Assembly (NCBI GenBank): GCA_964350645.1
Contig: CAYGJY010000002.1
Coordinates: 161,538-225,537, forward strand
Length of the DNA: 64,000 nucleotides
Reading direction: 5' to 3'
Source of the DNA: an uncultured Candidatus Saccharibacteria bacterium
GTDB taxonomy: Bacteria > Patescibacteriota > Minisyncoccia > Phycocordibacterales > UBA918
Of this stretch, positions 28,899 to 39,238 are shown one piece after another (position 1 is the stretch's first letter; each line of letters opens with the position of its first letter). The translations under genes were made by a program, and so were the position numbers. The notes below the pieces were generated by a model. The model saw only the letters and a list, made by a program, of their open reading frames with translations. It searched no databases and was not told the DNA's origin.

Positions 28899-29402
28899 AT
28901 GATTGAGTATCATCCAGTTGTTGAAAAAATAAAACAGCTTCTCGATCAGCATCAGTGTGCATATAGTACATTTGAACATGAAGCGGTTCGGACTAGTGAG
29001 GAAGCAGCAGCGTTACGACCAGAGTATACGCTCGCGCAAGGAGCCAAAGCACTGATTGTACGGATTAAGAGAAAAGGTATGTCGGAAGCAGACGAAAAGC
29101 AATTTGTGCAGATTGTGGTACCGGGTGATGCGAAGTTTGATCCCAAAAAAGCTCGACGGGTTTTAGCTGCAAAAGATATCCGGTTTGCGTTACCCGAAGA
29201 AGTGGCTGAAGTGACTAACGGTGTGCAGCCCGGAGGGGTACCACCATTTGGAAATTTGTTTGGGTTGCCGGTGTATGTCGACGAGACGTTATGTAAAAAT
29301 GATGTGATTATTTTTAACGCTGGAGATCGTCGTTATTCGATTGCGTTAACGTGTGCTGATTATGTACGGGTAGTTGAACCTGAAGTGGTTGATATTGTGT
29401 AA
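28899..29402 (+). CDS. YbaK/ProX-type aminoacyl-tRNA deacylase
   Basis: About 167 aa; GGVPPFG-type motif and overall similarity to YbaK. Confidence 0.65.
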   Translation: MIEYHPVVEKIKQLLDQHQCAYSTFEHEAVRTSEEAAALRPEYTLAQGAKALIVRIKRKGMSEADEKQFVQIVVPGDAKFDPKKARRVLAAKDIRFALPEEVAEVTNGVQPGGVPPFGNLFGLPVYVDETLCKNDVIIFNAGDRRYSIALTCADYVRVVEPEVVDIV

Positions 29403-29410
29403 TACCTATT

Positions 29411-29444
29411 AAAAGACCGGCGCCCTTGGGCGTCGGTCTTTTAT
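29411..29444. terminator. Bidirectional terminator
   Basis: aaaagaccggcgccc ttg ggcgtcggtctttt. Confidence 0.6.
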
Positions 29445-29446
29445 AG

Positions 29447-29860
29447 TTATTCTTCGTCTTCGATGGCTGCTTGAATTTGGGTGGCTATTAGAGAGAGTTC
29501 AGCATCGGGCATTTCTTCACCGAGATGGATTTTTTGACCTAGCGGCCGGTCACTGTCCTGCAGGGGATAAAGCTTTATATGAACGTGGGGGACGTCAAAG
29601 CCTTCCACTACCAAACAAGTACGTACAGTGCCAAGGGCCGCATCTGAAGCTTGGGCGACCTTTTTGGCTACCATGAAGATGTGTTGGTAAGTTTTGTCAT
29701 CGAGCGCAAAAGTGTAGTCAGTTTCCACTTTAGGAATTACGAGTGATTGGCCTTTCACTGTGGGAAACTTGTCTAAAATTGCCACACAGATATCATCTTC
29801 ATAAAAAATATGCCCGGGAATTTCGCGGTTGATGATTTTGGTAAAAATTGAAGCTGCCAT
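29447..29860 (-). CDS. HIT-family hydrolase with a variant triad H-V-H-I-K
   Basis: HINT-like fold motifs; histidine triad region VPHVHIKLYP. Confidence 0.65.
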   Translation of the reverse strand: MAASIFTKIINREIPGHIFYEDDICVAILDKFPTVKGQSLVIPKVETDYTFALDDKTYQHIFMVAKKVAQASDAALGTVRTCLVVEGFDVPHVHIKLYPLQDSDRPLGQKIHLGEEMPDAELSLIATQIQAAIEDEE

Positions 29861-29910
29861 AGTTGTACGCGGTTTACCTGAATAAGTGCTCACATGATAT
29901 CATAGCCACT

Positions 29911-31620
29911 ATGACTCGCTACCGCTTGGCCGATCCGACCCCAACGAGCACTGCAACGGCTCTCGCTCATCTCGATACGCTTACTCAGCAGCTTCTCCAT
30001 AACCGCAATATTACTGAAGCAGCTGGTGCCGACTGGTTTCTTGAGCCGGACTACGAACGTAGTTTGCATGATCCATTTTTACTGCATCAGATGTCGGAAG
30101 CGGTCGAACGAATTCTCTTGGCAATCAAGAACGATGAACGGGTTGCTATCTTTAGTGACTACGATTGTGACGGTATTCCGGGAGCAGTCATCCTTCACGA
30201 CTTCTTCATGGCAATTGGATTTACCAATTTTACGAATTACATTCCTCATCGGCATTTTGAAGGTTTTGGCGTGAGTGAAGCAGCGGTCGAGAAGTTGGCG
30301 GCTGACGGTGTACAGCTCATGATTACTATTGATTGTGGAACGAGTGATGTTGAGGCAACTGCAGTGGCGATAGCAGCTGGTATTGATGTCGTGATTACTG
30401 ATCATCATGAGCCAAAGGCAGTCTTGCCTGCCGCACTGGCGATTGTAAATCCAAAACTTGGCGACACATATCCCTTTGATGGCTTGTGTGGAGCAGGAGT
30501 GATATTTAAGGTCGTGCAAGCGCTGATCGAACGGGGACATGCGGCAAAGCAATTTTCCGTTCCAGTCGGTTATGAGAAATGGTGGCTTGATATGGTTGGG
30601 ATCGCGACGATTGCTGACATGGTGCCATTGCTCGATGAAAATCGTGTTTTTGCCCGCTATGGCTTACAGGTACTGCGGAAGTCACGCCGACCTGGCTTAC
30701 AACAACTACTGCGTAAAAATCGCGCCAGTCAACGACATCTTACAGAAGATGATATTGGTTTTACGATTGGTCCACGTATTAACGCCGCCTCGCGTATGGG
30801 TTCTCCCCAAGAAGCGTTTCAACTACTCTCGACCCGTGATGAGGGGTTGGCCGGTGCCCACGTCGATAGTTTGGAAAAACTCAACAATGAACGAAAAGGA
30901 TTGGTTGCAACGATGACCAAAGAAATTCACGCTAAGATGAAACGACTCGACACCATTCCAGACGTTATTGTGATGGGAAATCCTGATTGGCGACCGTCGC
31001 TCGTTGGTCTTGCTGCTAATAAGTTAGCGGAAGAATACAATAAGCCGGCTTTTCTGTGGGGTCGTGACGGACACGGTGTAATTAAGGGTTCGTGTCGCTC
31101 GAATGGCACTGTGAGTGTGGTGCGATTGATGGAATCGCTCAGCGAGACCCTCTTAGAACATGGCGGACATCATATGTCTGGGGGATTTGCGGTTGCCGAC
31201 GAACATATTCATACCTTTTCAGGACGATTACATGAAGCGTATCAAACACTTGGAGAAGCGGCGTTAATTGATGAAGAGGTGGTGCTCGATGCGACACTGA
31301 CGCTTGAAGATATTAATCGTGATCTCCTTCGGGTACACGCTGCTTTAGCGCCATTTGGACACAGTAACCCAAAGCCGCTGTATGAATTTAAAAATATCAC
31401 ACCAACTGAAGTGCATTTGTTTGGTAAAGGCAAAGAGCATTTAAAATTGAATTTTATGTCACGAACTGGCGCAGTTGAAGCAATCGCTTTTTTTCGAACT
31501 GAAGAAAATTGGACGCGCCGGCCGGAGGCCGGCGCGTCTCTTACTCTCATCGGCCACGTCGAACAATCTTTTTTTATGGGCCGCATGCAAACTCGGATCA
31601 GGATTATCGATATTTTATAA
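29911..31620 (+). CDS. recJ: Single-stranded-DNA-specific exonuclease RecJ
   Basis: DHH motifs (DYDCDG, IDCGTSD, ITDHH) and DHHA1 GGH region. Confidence 0.8.
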   Translation: MTRYRLADPTPTSTATALAHLDTLTQQLLHNRNITEAAGADWFLEPDYERSLHDPFLLHQMSEAVERILLAIKNDERVAIFSDYDCDGIPGAVILHDFFMAIGFTNFTNYIPHRHFEGFGVSEAAVEKLAADGVQLMITIDCGTSDVEATAVAIAAGIDVVITDHHEPKAVLPAALAIVNPKLGDTYPFDGLCGAGVIFKVVQALIERGHAAKQFSVPVGYEKWWLDMVGIATIADMVPLLDENRVFARYGLQVLRKSRRPGLQQLLRKNRASQRHLTEDDIGFTIGPRINAASRMGSPQEAFQLLSTRDEGLAGAHVDSLEKLNNERKGLVATMTKEIHAKMKRLDTIPDVIVMGNPDWRPSLVGLAANKLAEEYNKPAFLWGRDGHGVIKGSCRSNGTVSVVRLMESLSETLLEHGGHHMSGGFAVADEHIHTFSGRLHEAYQTLGEAALIDEEVVLDATLTLEDINRDLLRVHAALAPFGHSNPKPLYEFKNITPTEVHLFGKGKEHLKLNFMSRTGAVEAIAFFRTEENWTRRPEAGASLTLIGHVEQSFFMGRMQTRIRIIDIL

Positions 31621-31641
31621 TCTAATGCTATAGTAATCCCT

Positions 31642-32055
31642 ATGAAAAAAATCACAGTCTTTACTGATGGTGGCGCGCGCGGCAACCCAGGGCCAGCAGC
31701 TATTGGGGTGCAGGTACTTGATGACAGTAACGAAGTTGTGACCGAGGTGTCGCAAACGATCGGTGAAGCGACCAACAATGTCGCTGAGTACACGGCAGTC
31801 AAAGTTGCCATGGAACATTTAAAACAAGTTTTTCCTGACACCAAAGCACTCCAGGTATTATGTAAACTCGATAGTCAGTTAGTCGAGCGTCAGCTAGGTG
31901 GTGCTTATAAAATCAAAGATCAAAATTTGAAGATCTACGTCGACGCGATTAAAGTTTTGGAACATGAATTTTCATCTGTCACCTATGAGCATATTCCCCG
32001 CAGTGAAAACAAAGAAGCTGATCGGTTGGTGAATGAGGCCCTTGACGCAGCATAG
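31642..32055 (+). CDS. rnhA: Ribonuclease HI
   Basis: TDGGARGNPGPA, NNVAEYTA, DSQLV, HIPRSENKEADRL. Confidence 0.85.
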   Translation: MKKITVFTDGGARGNPGPAAIGVQVLDDSNEVVTEVSQTIGEATNNVAEYTAVKVAMEHLKQVFPDTKALQVLCKLDSQLVERQLGGAYKIKDQNLKIYVDAIKVLEHEFSSVTYEHIPRSENKEADRLVNEALDAA

Positions 32056-32118
32056 TTTTGTGACTACCGACCCGGCTTACTTCAGCGCCTGGGCTACACT
32101 TTTTGCTACACTTGGAAT

Positions 32119-33684
32119 ATGCCGGTGTGGTTTTTTTATATAGCAACGCTTAGTTTTGCGCTCGGGATTGCGCTCTGTTCGTTTGTACCGCTTGGTCTAC
32201 CCGATATACTTTTTATACTGATGATGAGTTTTGGGGTGGGGGTTGTAGCGGGCCGGAGAAGCTCTGCTTCCTCGGCCCGCTACGGCTGGTTGATCAGTAT
32301 ATTTTTAGTGGCATTAGCACTGGGTATTTTGCGCATGGACATTGCTACCTGGTCAGCAGTAGAATCTCCGTGGCCAACGTTGGTAGATACTGAAGTATTA
32401 GTCACTGGCATTATAGTTCGTGAACCAGATATTCGTGAGACCAGCGTGCAGCTCTATACACAAGTTGATAATGAATTATTGCTTGTTACTACTGATCGAT
32501 TTCAATCATTTACCTACGGCGATGAAATAACTGTTTCTGGCACACTGACTAAACCAGTAGCCTTCGAAACTGATCTGGGACGTACCTTTAATTATCCTGG
32601 GTATCTTGAAGCTCGTGGTGTGTCGTATATGATCCGATTTGCGGAGGTCACAGGGGTATCAGCTGGGAATGGCAATCCAATATTGGCGACACTTTTAACT
32701 TTTAAATATGAGTTTATGCGTGTTCTTGAAGGCCAACTGCCTGAGCCACAGGTGGGTTTGGCCGAAGGGTTATTGCTTGGTGTGAAGCGTGCTCTTGGCA
32801 CTGAACTTGAGTCTGCGTTTCGCAGTACGGGCATTATTCACATTGTCGTGCTGTCTGGGTACAACGTCATGCTTGTGGTGGCTTTTGTCACGTACATCTT
32901 GGCATTTATTATTCCATTTCGCTACCGAGTCTTTTTTGGTGTTGGAGCTATCATCGCCTTTGCGCTCATGGTTGGTTTGTCTGCAACGGTCGTACGCGCG
33001 AGTATCATGGCCTGTTTAATACTCATTGCCAAAGCCACTAATCGTATTTATATGGTGTTGCGGGCACTTCTGCTTGCTGGAACAGTGATGCTTATCTTGA
33101 ACCCATATCTGCTTATCTACGATACAGGTTTCCAGCTTTCATTTATGGCGACTCTTGGTTTGATCTTGGTTGCGCCATATCTAGAAGAGCGATTAACACT
33201 TATGCCAAAAAGTATCGGACTGCGGGAATTTTTGACAGCTACGCTTGCCACGCAAATCTTTGTATTACCGATATTGTTGTACCAGATCGGTGAGTTTTCA
33301 GTGGTAGCTGTGATAGTAAATGTTCTGGTACTACCACTAGTGCCACTCGCGATGCTACTGACGTTTATTACGGGCTTGCTTGGCTTTGTGTCGAGTGCCC
33401 TAGCTTTGCCGTTTGCGTACGCAGCGTATCTATCGCTTACGTACATAATTACCATTGCTACTTGGTTTGCATCTCTACCATTCGCTTCATTTGCCGTACC
33501 AGCGTTTCCGTTTTGGGTAGTGATTGTTTCGTATGCTGGGATTGGATATGGTTTGTGGCGCTATGCGCATCGAGGAGACGCTCTTTTGGAGGCAGAGCTA
33601 GCTGATTGGGTTATTGAAGAAGGACGGTCAGTTGAGGAAAGTGTTGTTTCGAAAACCCACAACACACCAATTTTCTTTCGTTGA
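32119..33684 (+). CDS. comEC: ComEC/Rec2 DNA internalisation channel (DUF4131 plus competence domain, no MBL domain)
   Basis: TGIIHIVVLSGYNV motif and polytopic membrane architecture. Confidence 0.8.
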   Translation: MPVWFFYIATLSFALGIALCSFVPLGLPDILFILMMSFGVGVVAGRRSSASSARYGWLISIFLVALALGILRMDIATWSAVESPWPTLVDTEVLVTGIIVREPDIRETSVQLYTQVDNELLLVTTDRFQSFTYGDEITVSGTLTKPVAFETDLGRTFNYPGYLEARGVSYMIRFAEVTGVSAGNGNPILATLLTFKYEFMRVLEGQLPEPQVGLAEGLLLGVKRALGTELESAFRSTGIIHIVVLSGYNVMLVVAFVTYILAFIIPFRYRVFFGVGAIIAFALMVGLSATVVRASIMACLILIAKATNRIYMVLRALLLAGTVMLILNPYLLIYDTGFQLSFMATLGLILVAPYLEERLTLMPKSIGLREFLTATLATQIFVLPILLYQIGEFSVVAVIVNVLVLPLVPLAMLLTFITGLLGFVSSALALPFAYAAYLSLTYIITIATWFASLPFASFAVPAFPFWVVIVSYAGIGYGLWRYAHRGDALLEAELADWVIEEGRSVEESVVSKTHNTPIFFR

Positions 33685-33712
33685 GTACCATAGCTTGCGT
33701 TATAATAAAGAC

Positions 33713-34297
33713 ATGAAAAAATTACCAATTTGGGAAACGTTCGAAGCAGGCTTCGAACACTTTACTCGCCGTGGCTGGTATCTCGCCGGCCTTACTGCTG
33801 CGGTATTACCATTATCACTTTTTGTTGTGGGCGACGCTGTTACTACAGCACTCTATAGTATTTTATTCGTAGGATATATTTCACTCTTACTTAAACATGC
33901 CCGCCAAGAGACAATCACCTTCGACGATTTGTTTGTAACTGATAATCGCTGGATTTATTATGCTTTTGGGTCAGTGATAAAAGCATTGTTAGTCATCTTG
34001 GGGTTACTTTTGTTTGTTGTTCCAGGGATCTACTTGTCGATTCGATGGATGTTTAGCGATATGTATATTTTAGATAAAGGCATGCGTCCCATTGAGGCGC
34101 TGAAAGCTAGTAGTGAACTTACTAAACACTATTGGTGGCCGTTGTTTTGGTTCTCAATGTTGACACTGGTGATCATTTTGTTTGGCGTGTTGGCGCTTGG
34201 AGTCGGATTGTTTGTGGCCGTGCCGGTGACTGGGCTTAGTTATATTCTACTGTTTTGGAAACTGCAGGAAATTCAGTATCTCAATAGCCAAGGGTAA
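33713..34297 (+). CDS. Membrane protein of unknown function
   Basis: Four hydrophobic helices; no recognised motif. Confidence 0.4.
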   Translation: MKKLPIWETFEAGFEHFTRRGWYLAGLTAAVLPLSLFVVGDAVTTALYSILFVGYISLLLKHARQETITFDDLFVTDNRWIYYAFGSVIKALLVILGLLLFVVPGIYLSIRWMFSDMYILDKGMRPIEALKASSELTKHYWWPLFWFSMLTLVIILFGVLALGVGLFVAVPVTGLSYILLFWKLQEIQYLNSQG

Positions 34298-34304
34298 ATA
34301 ATAC

Positions 34305-34341
34305 AAAAAACGGCCGGAGCCAAAGGCTCCGGCCGTTTTTT
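34305..34341. terminator. Bidirectional terminator
   Basis: aaaaaacggccggagcc aaa ggctccggccgtttttt. Confidence 0.65.
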
Positions 34342-34348
34342 GTATTAT

Positions 34349-34906
34349 CTATACTCGCGACGCCACAACTTCCCAATTAAGGTTTTTGAAGAAGGCTTCA
34401 ATGTAGTTTTTCTTCTCGCTCGGTGCATAGTCGAGCATATATGAATGTTCCCACATATCGAGTGCCAAGACGAGCTCAACATTAGTTAATTGCCCAAGGT
34501 GTTGCTCATCAACCCAAGTGCAGACAAGTGTATTAGTCGAGCGATCGATACAGCACATTGCCCAACCAACACCACGAGTAGCGGCGATTCCTTTTAGGTG
34601 GTCAATAAAATTATCGAGTGAAGCAAATTGCTGTTCCACCAACGTCAGGAAGGATCCTTCTGGACAGGCAGCTGCTCCTCCTTCAAATTGAGCAAAGTAG
34701 CACTCGTGGTTTTTCATGCCACCAAACTCGAAGCCAAGCCGTCGTTGCATCTCTGCTTTAGCGTATGAATCAGTTACATTCGCTAATTCAGCGTGAATGT
34801 GGTTCACGTGCTTCACGTAACCAGTATAGAGACCAACGTGCTCTTCAATTGTTCGACTTGAGATACCGTCTAGTTCTGGGATAGAAAATGTTTTTGCTTC
34901 GTACAT
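34349..34906 (-). CDS. sod: Fe/Mn superoxide dismutase (divergent)
   Basis: DMWEHSYMLDY (D-x-W-E-H signature); His ligands at HV..HV and KNHE. Confidence 0.75.
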   Translation of the reverse strand: MYEAKTFSIPELDGISSRTIEEHVGLYTGYVKHVNHIHAELANVTDSYAKAEMQRRLGFEFGGMKNHECYFAQFEGGAAACPEGSFLTLVEQQFASLDNFIDHLKGIAATRGVGWAMCCIDRSTNTLVCTWVDEQHLGQLTNVELVLALDMWEHSYMLDYAPSEKKNYIEAFFKNLNWEVVASRV

Positions 34907-34960
34907 ACGTTATGAGAATAAGTCATTATTTTTAAGTACTTACGATTGTATCATAAGCTT

Positions 34961-35824
34961 ATGTCTGATCAGATTATCCGTTTACGGCTCTTGGTGCTCT
35001 TGTTTCTCACTGCTGCTAGCATGGGCACCTGGGTGGTGCTTGCTGCTCCACTTGATGACTCGAGCTCGTTACTGCAGGTGCATTTTTTAGATGTGGGCCA
35101 GGGAGATGCAATTTTTGTTGCTACGCCTGATGGAGTGCACGTACTGATTGATGGTGGTCGGGATGCGAGTGTCTTGCGGGAGTTAGGGCGAGAAATGTCA
35201 GTGGCAGATCGGAGTATTGATATGGTGGTAGCGACGCATCCAGACGCTGATCATATTGGTGGGTTGGTTGCTGTTTTGGAGCGTTATGACATTGCTAGGA
35301 TTCTTATGACTGAAAATCAGTCAGACAGCCAGGTAGCTACTCGATTTAATGAGGAGATTAATAAAGAAGGCGTCGATGTAGTGTTTGCTCGTCGCGGTCA
35401 GGTGTGGCAGCTGGGGGCTTCAACGACGCTTGAAGTTTTGTTTCCTGAGACTGATCCGAAGGATCTAGAAAGCAATACAAGTTCGATTGTACTGCAGCTT
35501 AAGTATGGTGAAGTTGAGTTTATGTTGACGGGAGATTCACCCAAAAGTATTGAAGAATATTTAGTGCTTCGCGATGGTGAGCATTTAGAGAGTGAAGTGC
35601 TTAAAGTTGGTCACCACGGATCCCGAACTTCAACCTCAGAATTGTTTTTGGGAGAAGTAAATCCACGGTATGCTGTAATTTCAGCTAGTGCTGACAATTC
35701 GTACGGTCACCCACATAGTGAGGTGACGGACATGTTATTTAACAACCGAGTGGAAACGCTGAGCACTGCCGAGTCAGGGACGATCACTTTTTATAGTGAT
35801 GGAGAGGAGGTGTGGCTTGAGTAG
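34961..35824 (+). CDS. ComEC-type metallo-beta-lactamase domain protein (stand-alone)
   Basis: VHFLDVGQGDAIFV, HPDADHIGG, VGHHGS; signal/TM N-terminus. Confidence 0.7.
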   Translation: MSDQIIRLRLLVLLFLTAASMGTWVVLAAPLDDSSSLLQVHFLDVGQGDAIFVATPDGVHVLIDGGRDASVLRELGREMSVADRSIDMVVATHPDADHIGGLVAVLERYDIARILMTENQSDSQVATRFNEEINKEGVDVVFARRGQVWQLGASTTLEVLFPETDPKDLESNTSSIVLQLKYGEVEFMLTGDSPKSIEEYLVLRDGEHLESEVLKVGHHGSRTSTSELFLGEVNPRYAVISASADNSYGHPHSEVTDMLFNNRVETLSTAESGTITFYSDGEEVWLE

Positions 35825-35943
35825 TTATACACAGTCTAGCAGGACAAAATAGCGCTGGCGCTATATAAATATATGACAGGAGGCCGGTCCCGCAAGGGAC
35901 CGGCCGTTTCTGTGTCTTTAGTAGTTTAGTAATTAATATACAA

Positions 35944-36651
35944 ATGACGAAACAAGTATTTCGTGCAGAACATATAGCAGCCATTGTGATGGGAGTTGCT
36001 CTATGTCTTGCATTCACTTCAGCAGTTCAGGCTGAAGAAACTAGCGATAATACAGGTGCGGCTATGTCGCAATCTGAAAAGTATGCACAACTCAAAAGCC
36101 TCCAAGAAAAAGTGAAGGCAATGCGAGAGTCTATGCAGGGAGTACGGACAGAAAACCGTGCCATGATAGACGAATTAAAAGAGGAACGTAAAGAAGAAAA
36201 TAAAGCAGTTCGAGTAGAATCGCGCGAAGCTTTTATGGCAGAGATTGCTAATTTAAGTGGCGAAGAGCGGCGAGCTGCGATTATGGCGTATGTCTCAGAA
36301 TTACGTGCACAAGTAGAGGCACGCAAAGCCGAGATGCAAGCCAATCGTGCTGCGTATAAAGAAACCAAAGTAGCTGATCGTGAAGAATTTCAAGCTAGTC
36401 TTGAAGGCCTATCATTGCCAGAGAAGCTGGCGGCGATCCAAGCTCGGTTAGCAGCTATTCGAGCAAATGCCGAAGAGCGAAACGAAAAACTCTCTGATGC
36501 ACTCGATGATGATGCAGAGGATGGTGAAGTAGAAGACGAGTCTGAAGATGAGTCCGATGAAGATTCAGAGGATGAATCTGATGACGAAGAAGACGAAGAA
36601 GGTGAAGACGAGGAAAGTAATGACGATGAGTCAGAGGAAGAGCAGTCATAA
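35944..36651 (+). CDS. Secreted coiled-coil protein with a poly-acidic (D/E/S) C-terminal tail
   Basis: Signal peptide; REAE-rich helices; DEESDEDSEDE tail. Confidence 0.45.
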   Translation: MTKQVFRAEHIAAIVMGVALCLAFTSAVQAEETSDNTGAAMSQSEKYAQLKSLQEKVKAMRESMQGVRTENRAMIDELKEERKEENKAVRVESREAFMAEIANLSGEERRAAIMAYVSELRAQVEARKAEMQANRAAYKETKVADREEFQASLEGLSLPEKLAAIQARLAAIRANAEERNEKLSDALDDDAEDGEVEDESEDESDEDSEDESDDEEDEEGEDEESNDDESEEEQS

Positions 36652-36662
36652 AGACTGAACGT

Positions 36663-36709
36663 ACAAACAAAAAGACCGGCGCCCAAGGGCGCCGGTCTTT
36701 TTGTTTGTC
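36663..36709. terminator. Extended perfect palindromic bidirectional terminator (CCGGCGCC family)
   Basis: acaaacaaaaagaccggcgcc caag ggcgccggtctttttgtttgt. Confidence 0.65.
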
Positions 36710-36952
36710 TTAGATAAGTTTAGCTTTCTTCAGTACTGCGTACGCGCCGTTTTTGGCGATGGTGCGGATTCCCTTGGTAGAAACCTTAACGGTTACATGT
36801 TTATCAATTTCTGGTACGTAAATTCGTTTCTTTTGGAGGTTTGGTGAACGCTTAACTTTGCCACACGGGTTAAACTGCGTCGCACGAGTGCGGTTACTGT
36901 ATCGGCCTCCAATCTGGGTTTTCTTCCCAGTGATGTCGCATTGCTTTGCCAT
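36710..36952 (-). CDS. rpmB: 50S ribosomal protein L28
   Basis: MAKQCDITGKKTQIGGRYSNRTRATQFNP. Confidence 0.9.
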   Translation of the reverse strand: MAKQCDITGKKTQIGGRYSNRTRATQFNPCGKVKRSPNLQKKRIYVPEIDKHVTVKVSTKGIRTIAKNGAYAVLKKAKLI

Positions 36953-37006
36953 ATAAGTATCAAATTAGTGGCGCTATCCTACCACAGCAGTTCATTTTAG
37001 CAAGTC

Positions 37007-37675
37007 ATGACATTCATGCTATGCTATTTTGTATCTATGGAACAAATCATTATCATCATCGCGCTGATCATGTCGATCGTTTTACACGAAATGGCCCATG
37101 GCTACGCAGCCAACTGGCTTGGTGACCCGACCGCTCGGTTACAGGGCAGATTGTCCGGTAACCCGATTGTACACATGGACTTACTTGGTTCAGTGATTAT
37201 CCCAGGACTGCTGTTTTTCTCTCAGGCTGGGATTTTGTTTGGCTGGGCCAAACCAGTCCCGTATAACCCCTATAACCTATCAGATCAAAAATATGGCGAA
37301 GCAAAAGTCGCTGCTGCTGGTCCTGCAGTAAATATACTCCTGGCCTTGATCTTTGCTGGATTAATTCGTCTCGCGCCACTACTTGGATTGCCGGGTTCAT
37401 TTATCGAGATCGCTTCATATATAGTGTATCTCAACATCCTTTTAGCGTTCTTTAACATGATTCCGCTGCCGCCACTTGATGGTTCAAAGATTTTGTTAGC
37501 ATTCTTGCCGTTTGGGGCAGCTATGAAATATCGTGAGCTGATGCGTTTAGTGGAGCGCTATGGTTTGTTTATTACCTTCGCCTTTATCTTCATTTTTATC
37601 AATGTCCTTTGGGGGCCATTTTCAGAGGTGGTTGGAGCAGTATTTACACTGTTCACCGGTTTACGGTTCTTTTGA
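37007..37675 (+). CDS. Site-2 protease family (M50) membrane metalloprotease
   Basis: HEMAHGYAA (HExxH) and NMIPLPPLDGSKIL (N-x-x-P-x-x-x-x-DG). Confidence 0.75.
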   Translation: MTFMLCYFVSMEQIIIIIALIMSIVLHEMAHGYAANWLGDPTARLQGRLSGNPIVHMDLLGSVIIPGLLFFSQAGILFGWAKPVPYNPYNLSDQKYGEAKVAAAGPAVNILLALIFAGLIRLAPLLGLPGSFIEIASYIVYLNILLAFFNMIPLPPLDGSKILLAFLPFGAAMKYRELMRLVERYGLFITFAFIFIFINVLWGPFSEVVGAVFTLFTGLRFF

Positions 37676-37812
37676 TGAATTTTCTATTCATTGTTCTTGG
37701 AATTTGTTTTGTGTAAAGAAACAAATTTGGAACTAAATTCACAATAGTCGTTACTTGCCTTTGTTCATGTATCTTGCAAAATAACCTATTTGTAGTATTC
37801 TTTCGGAGCTTT

Positions 37813-38226
37813 ATGGCAACAATCAATCAATTAACAAAAAATCGTCGACGCGATCCTGAAACGAAATCAAAGCGTGGAGCCCTCCACACTGGTTTCAATA
37901 AGATCAAGAACGCGCCAAACAAATACAACTCACCATTTAAACGTGGTGTGTGTACTCGTGTCACCACGAAGACTCCGCGTAAGCCGAACTCAGCGATTCG
38001 AAAAATCGCTCGTGTGCGTCTCACAAATGGTCAAGAAATTACTGCGTACATTCCTGGTATTGGGCATAGCCTACAGGAGCACTCAGTGGTACTTGTCCGC
38101 GGTGGTCGTGTGAAAGACATTGGAGTCAACTACACAGTTGTACGCGGTAAGTACGATGCTACCGGAGTAGACGCGCGCCGACGAGGCCGCTCACGCTACG
38201 GAGCCAAACGACCAAAGGCTGAATAG
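37813..38226 (+). CDS. rpsL: 30S ribosomal protein S12
   Basis: MATINQL...KPNSAIRK...[18 protein letters not shown]. Confidence 0.95.
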   Translation: MATINQLTKNRRRDPETKSKRGALHTGFNKIKNAPNKYNSPFKRGVCTRVTTKTPRKPNSAIRKIARVRLTNGQEITAYIPGIGHSLQEHSVVLVRGGRVKDIGVNYTVVRGKYDATGVDARRRGRSRYGAKRPKAE

Positions 38227-38376
38227 AGGCCTCATTATAACTAGTCTATATTCGCTTTAGATTATCGGACGCGGTTCAAGCAGTAATGCTTCGGAACCAA
38301 CGTATGCGAAGAATGAAAAACTGATTTGTCATTTTCTCATTCGCAATCTAACGCATTAGTAACCTAATCATTAGTC

Positions 38377-38850
38377 ATGCGACGACCAATTAAAAAACGA
38401 CCAGTAGTCAATCCAGACATTAAGTTTGCGTCAGTTGATGTGGAACGCCTCATTAACTATGTGATGCTTCGTGGTCAAAAAGAAACAGCTCGCAAAATTG
38501 TGTATGCTGCTTTTGAAGAAATTAAAAATGCCAAGGAAGGTGGTGGTGACCCAATCGAGGTTTTCAACACAGCTCTAAGAAACGCTGGTCCATCAATGGA
38601 AGTTCGCTCACGCCGGGTTGGTGGAGCCAACTATCAAGTGCCTCGTGAAGTTCGCCCTGAACGACGACTGTCACTCTCACTACGATGGCTGATCGGAGCT
38701 GCTCGCGGTGCCAAGGGTATCCCAATGCACAAAGCGCTCGCCAACGAAATTATGCTCGCAGCCAAGGAAGAAGGAGTAGCCGTGAAGAAGAAGGAGGATA
38801 TGCATAAGATGGCGGAGGCTAACCGTGCTTTCGCGCATTTTGCCTGGTAA
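38377..38850 (+). CDS. rpsG: 30S ribosomal protein S7
   Basis: Full-length S7 signature; conserved rpsL-rpsG order. Confidence 0.95.
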   Translation: MRRPIKKRPVVNPDIKFASVDVERLINYVMLRGQKETARKIVYAAFEEIKNAKEGGGDPIEVFNTALRNAGPSMEVRSRRVGGANYQVPREVRPERRLSLSLRWLIGAARGAKGIPMHKALANEIMLAAKEEGVAVKKKEDMHKMAEANRAFAHFAW

Positions 38851-39056
38851 TTTAGGAGTCGTTAGACGAACTAAATTCCAGTTGCAAATGCGGTGATACC
38901 CCTTGCGGGTGCGCGCACTTCGCTTGGTAAGAAATTCCACAATTGGCGCTGCGCTTCGTTGCCGCACGAAAAATATTCTTCACCGTACCCCAAGTACGAC
39001 TCAGAATATTTTTCGCTAGCGCCTCGCGCAGCATCCAATTCTGAAATTCCTACATG

Positions 39057-39088
39057 AAAAAGCTCGCAGTTAACTGCGAGTTTTTTCG
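39057..39088 (+). terminator. Terminator ending the rpsL-rpsG transcript about 210 nt after rpsG
   Basis: ctcgcag ttaa ctgcgag followed by tttttt. Confidence 0.6.
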
Positions 39089-39238
39089 TGCAAACTTGGT
39101 AGTGCATTCCAAGATAAAATCAATGTTGAGTAACAAGTGTGCTAGAAGTTGTCTTTCTATTTGCCCAATGCTGTAGTTAGGAGTATGTTTTAAATATAAA
39201 CTCAGTCAGCATGAAGTGAGTTCAGAGTAAGAATATAT

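Noticed and set aside
36390-36686. Ser/Asp-rich 98-aa minus ORF and the repetitive gaagatgag tract
   Set aside because: Antisense of the poly-acidic tail of the 35944-36651 gene. The repeats are codon-level low complexity, not a CRISPR array or tandem DNA repeat with spacers.
38851-39056. Possible small RNA in the 200-nt 3' region between rpsG and its terminator
   Set aside because: GC-rich and structured but with no recognisable family signature; could simply be a 3' UTR containing the permuted ribosomal-protein motif.
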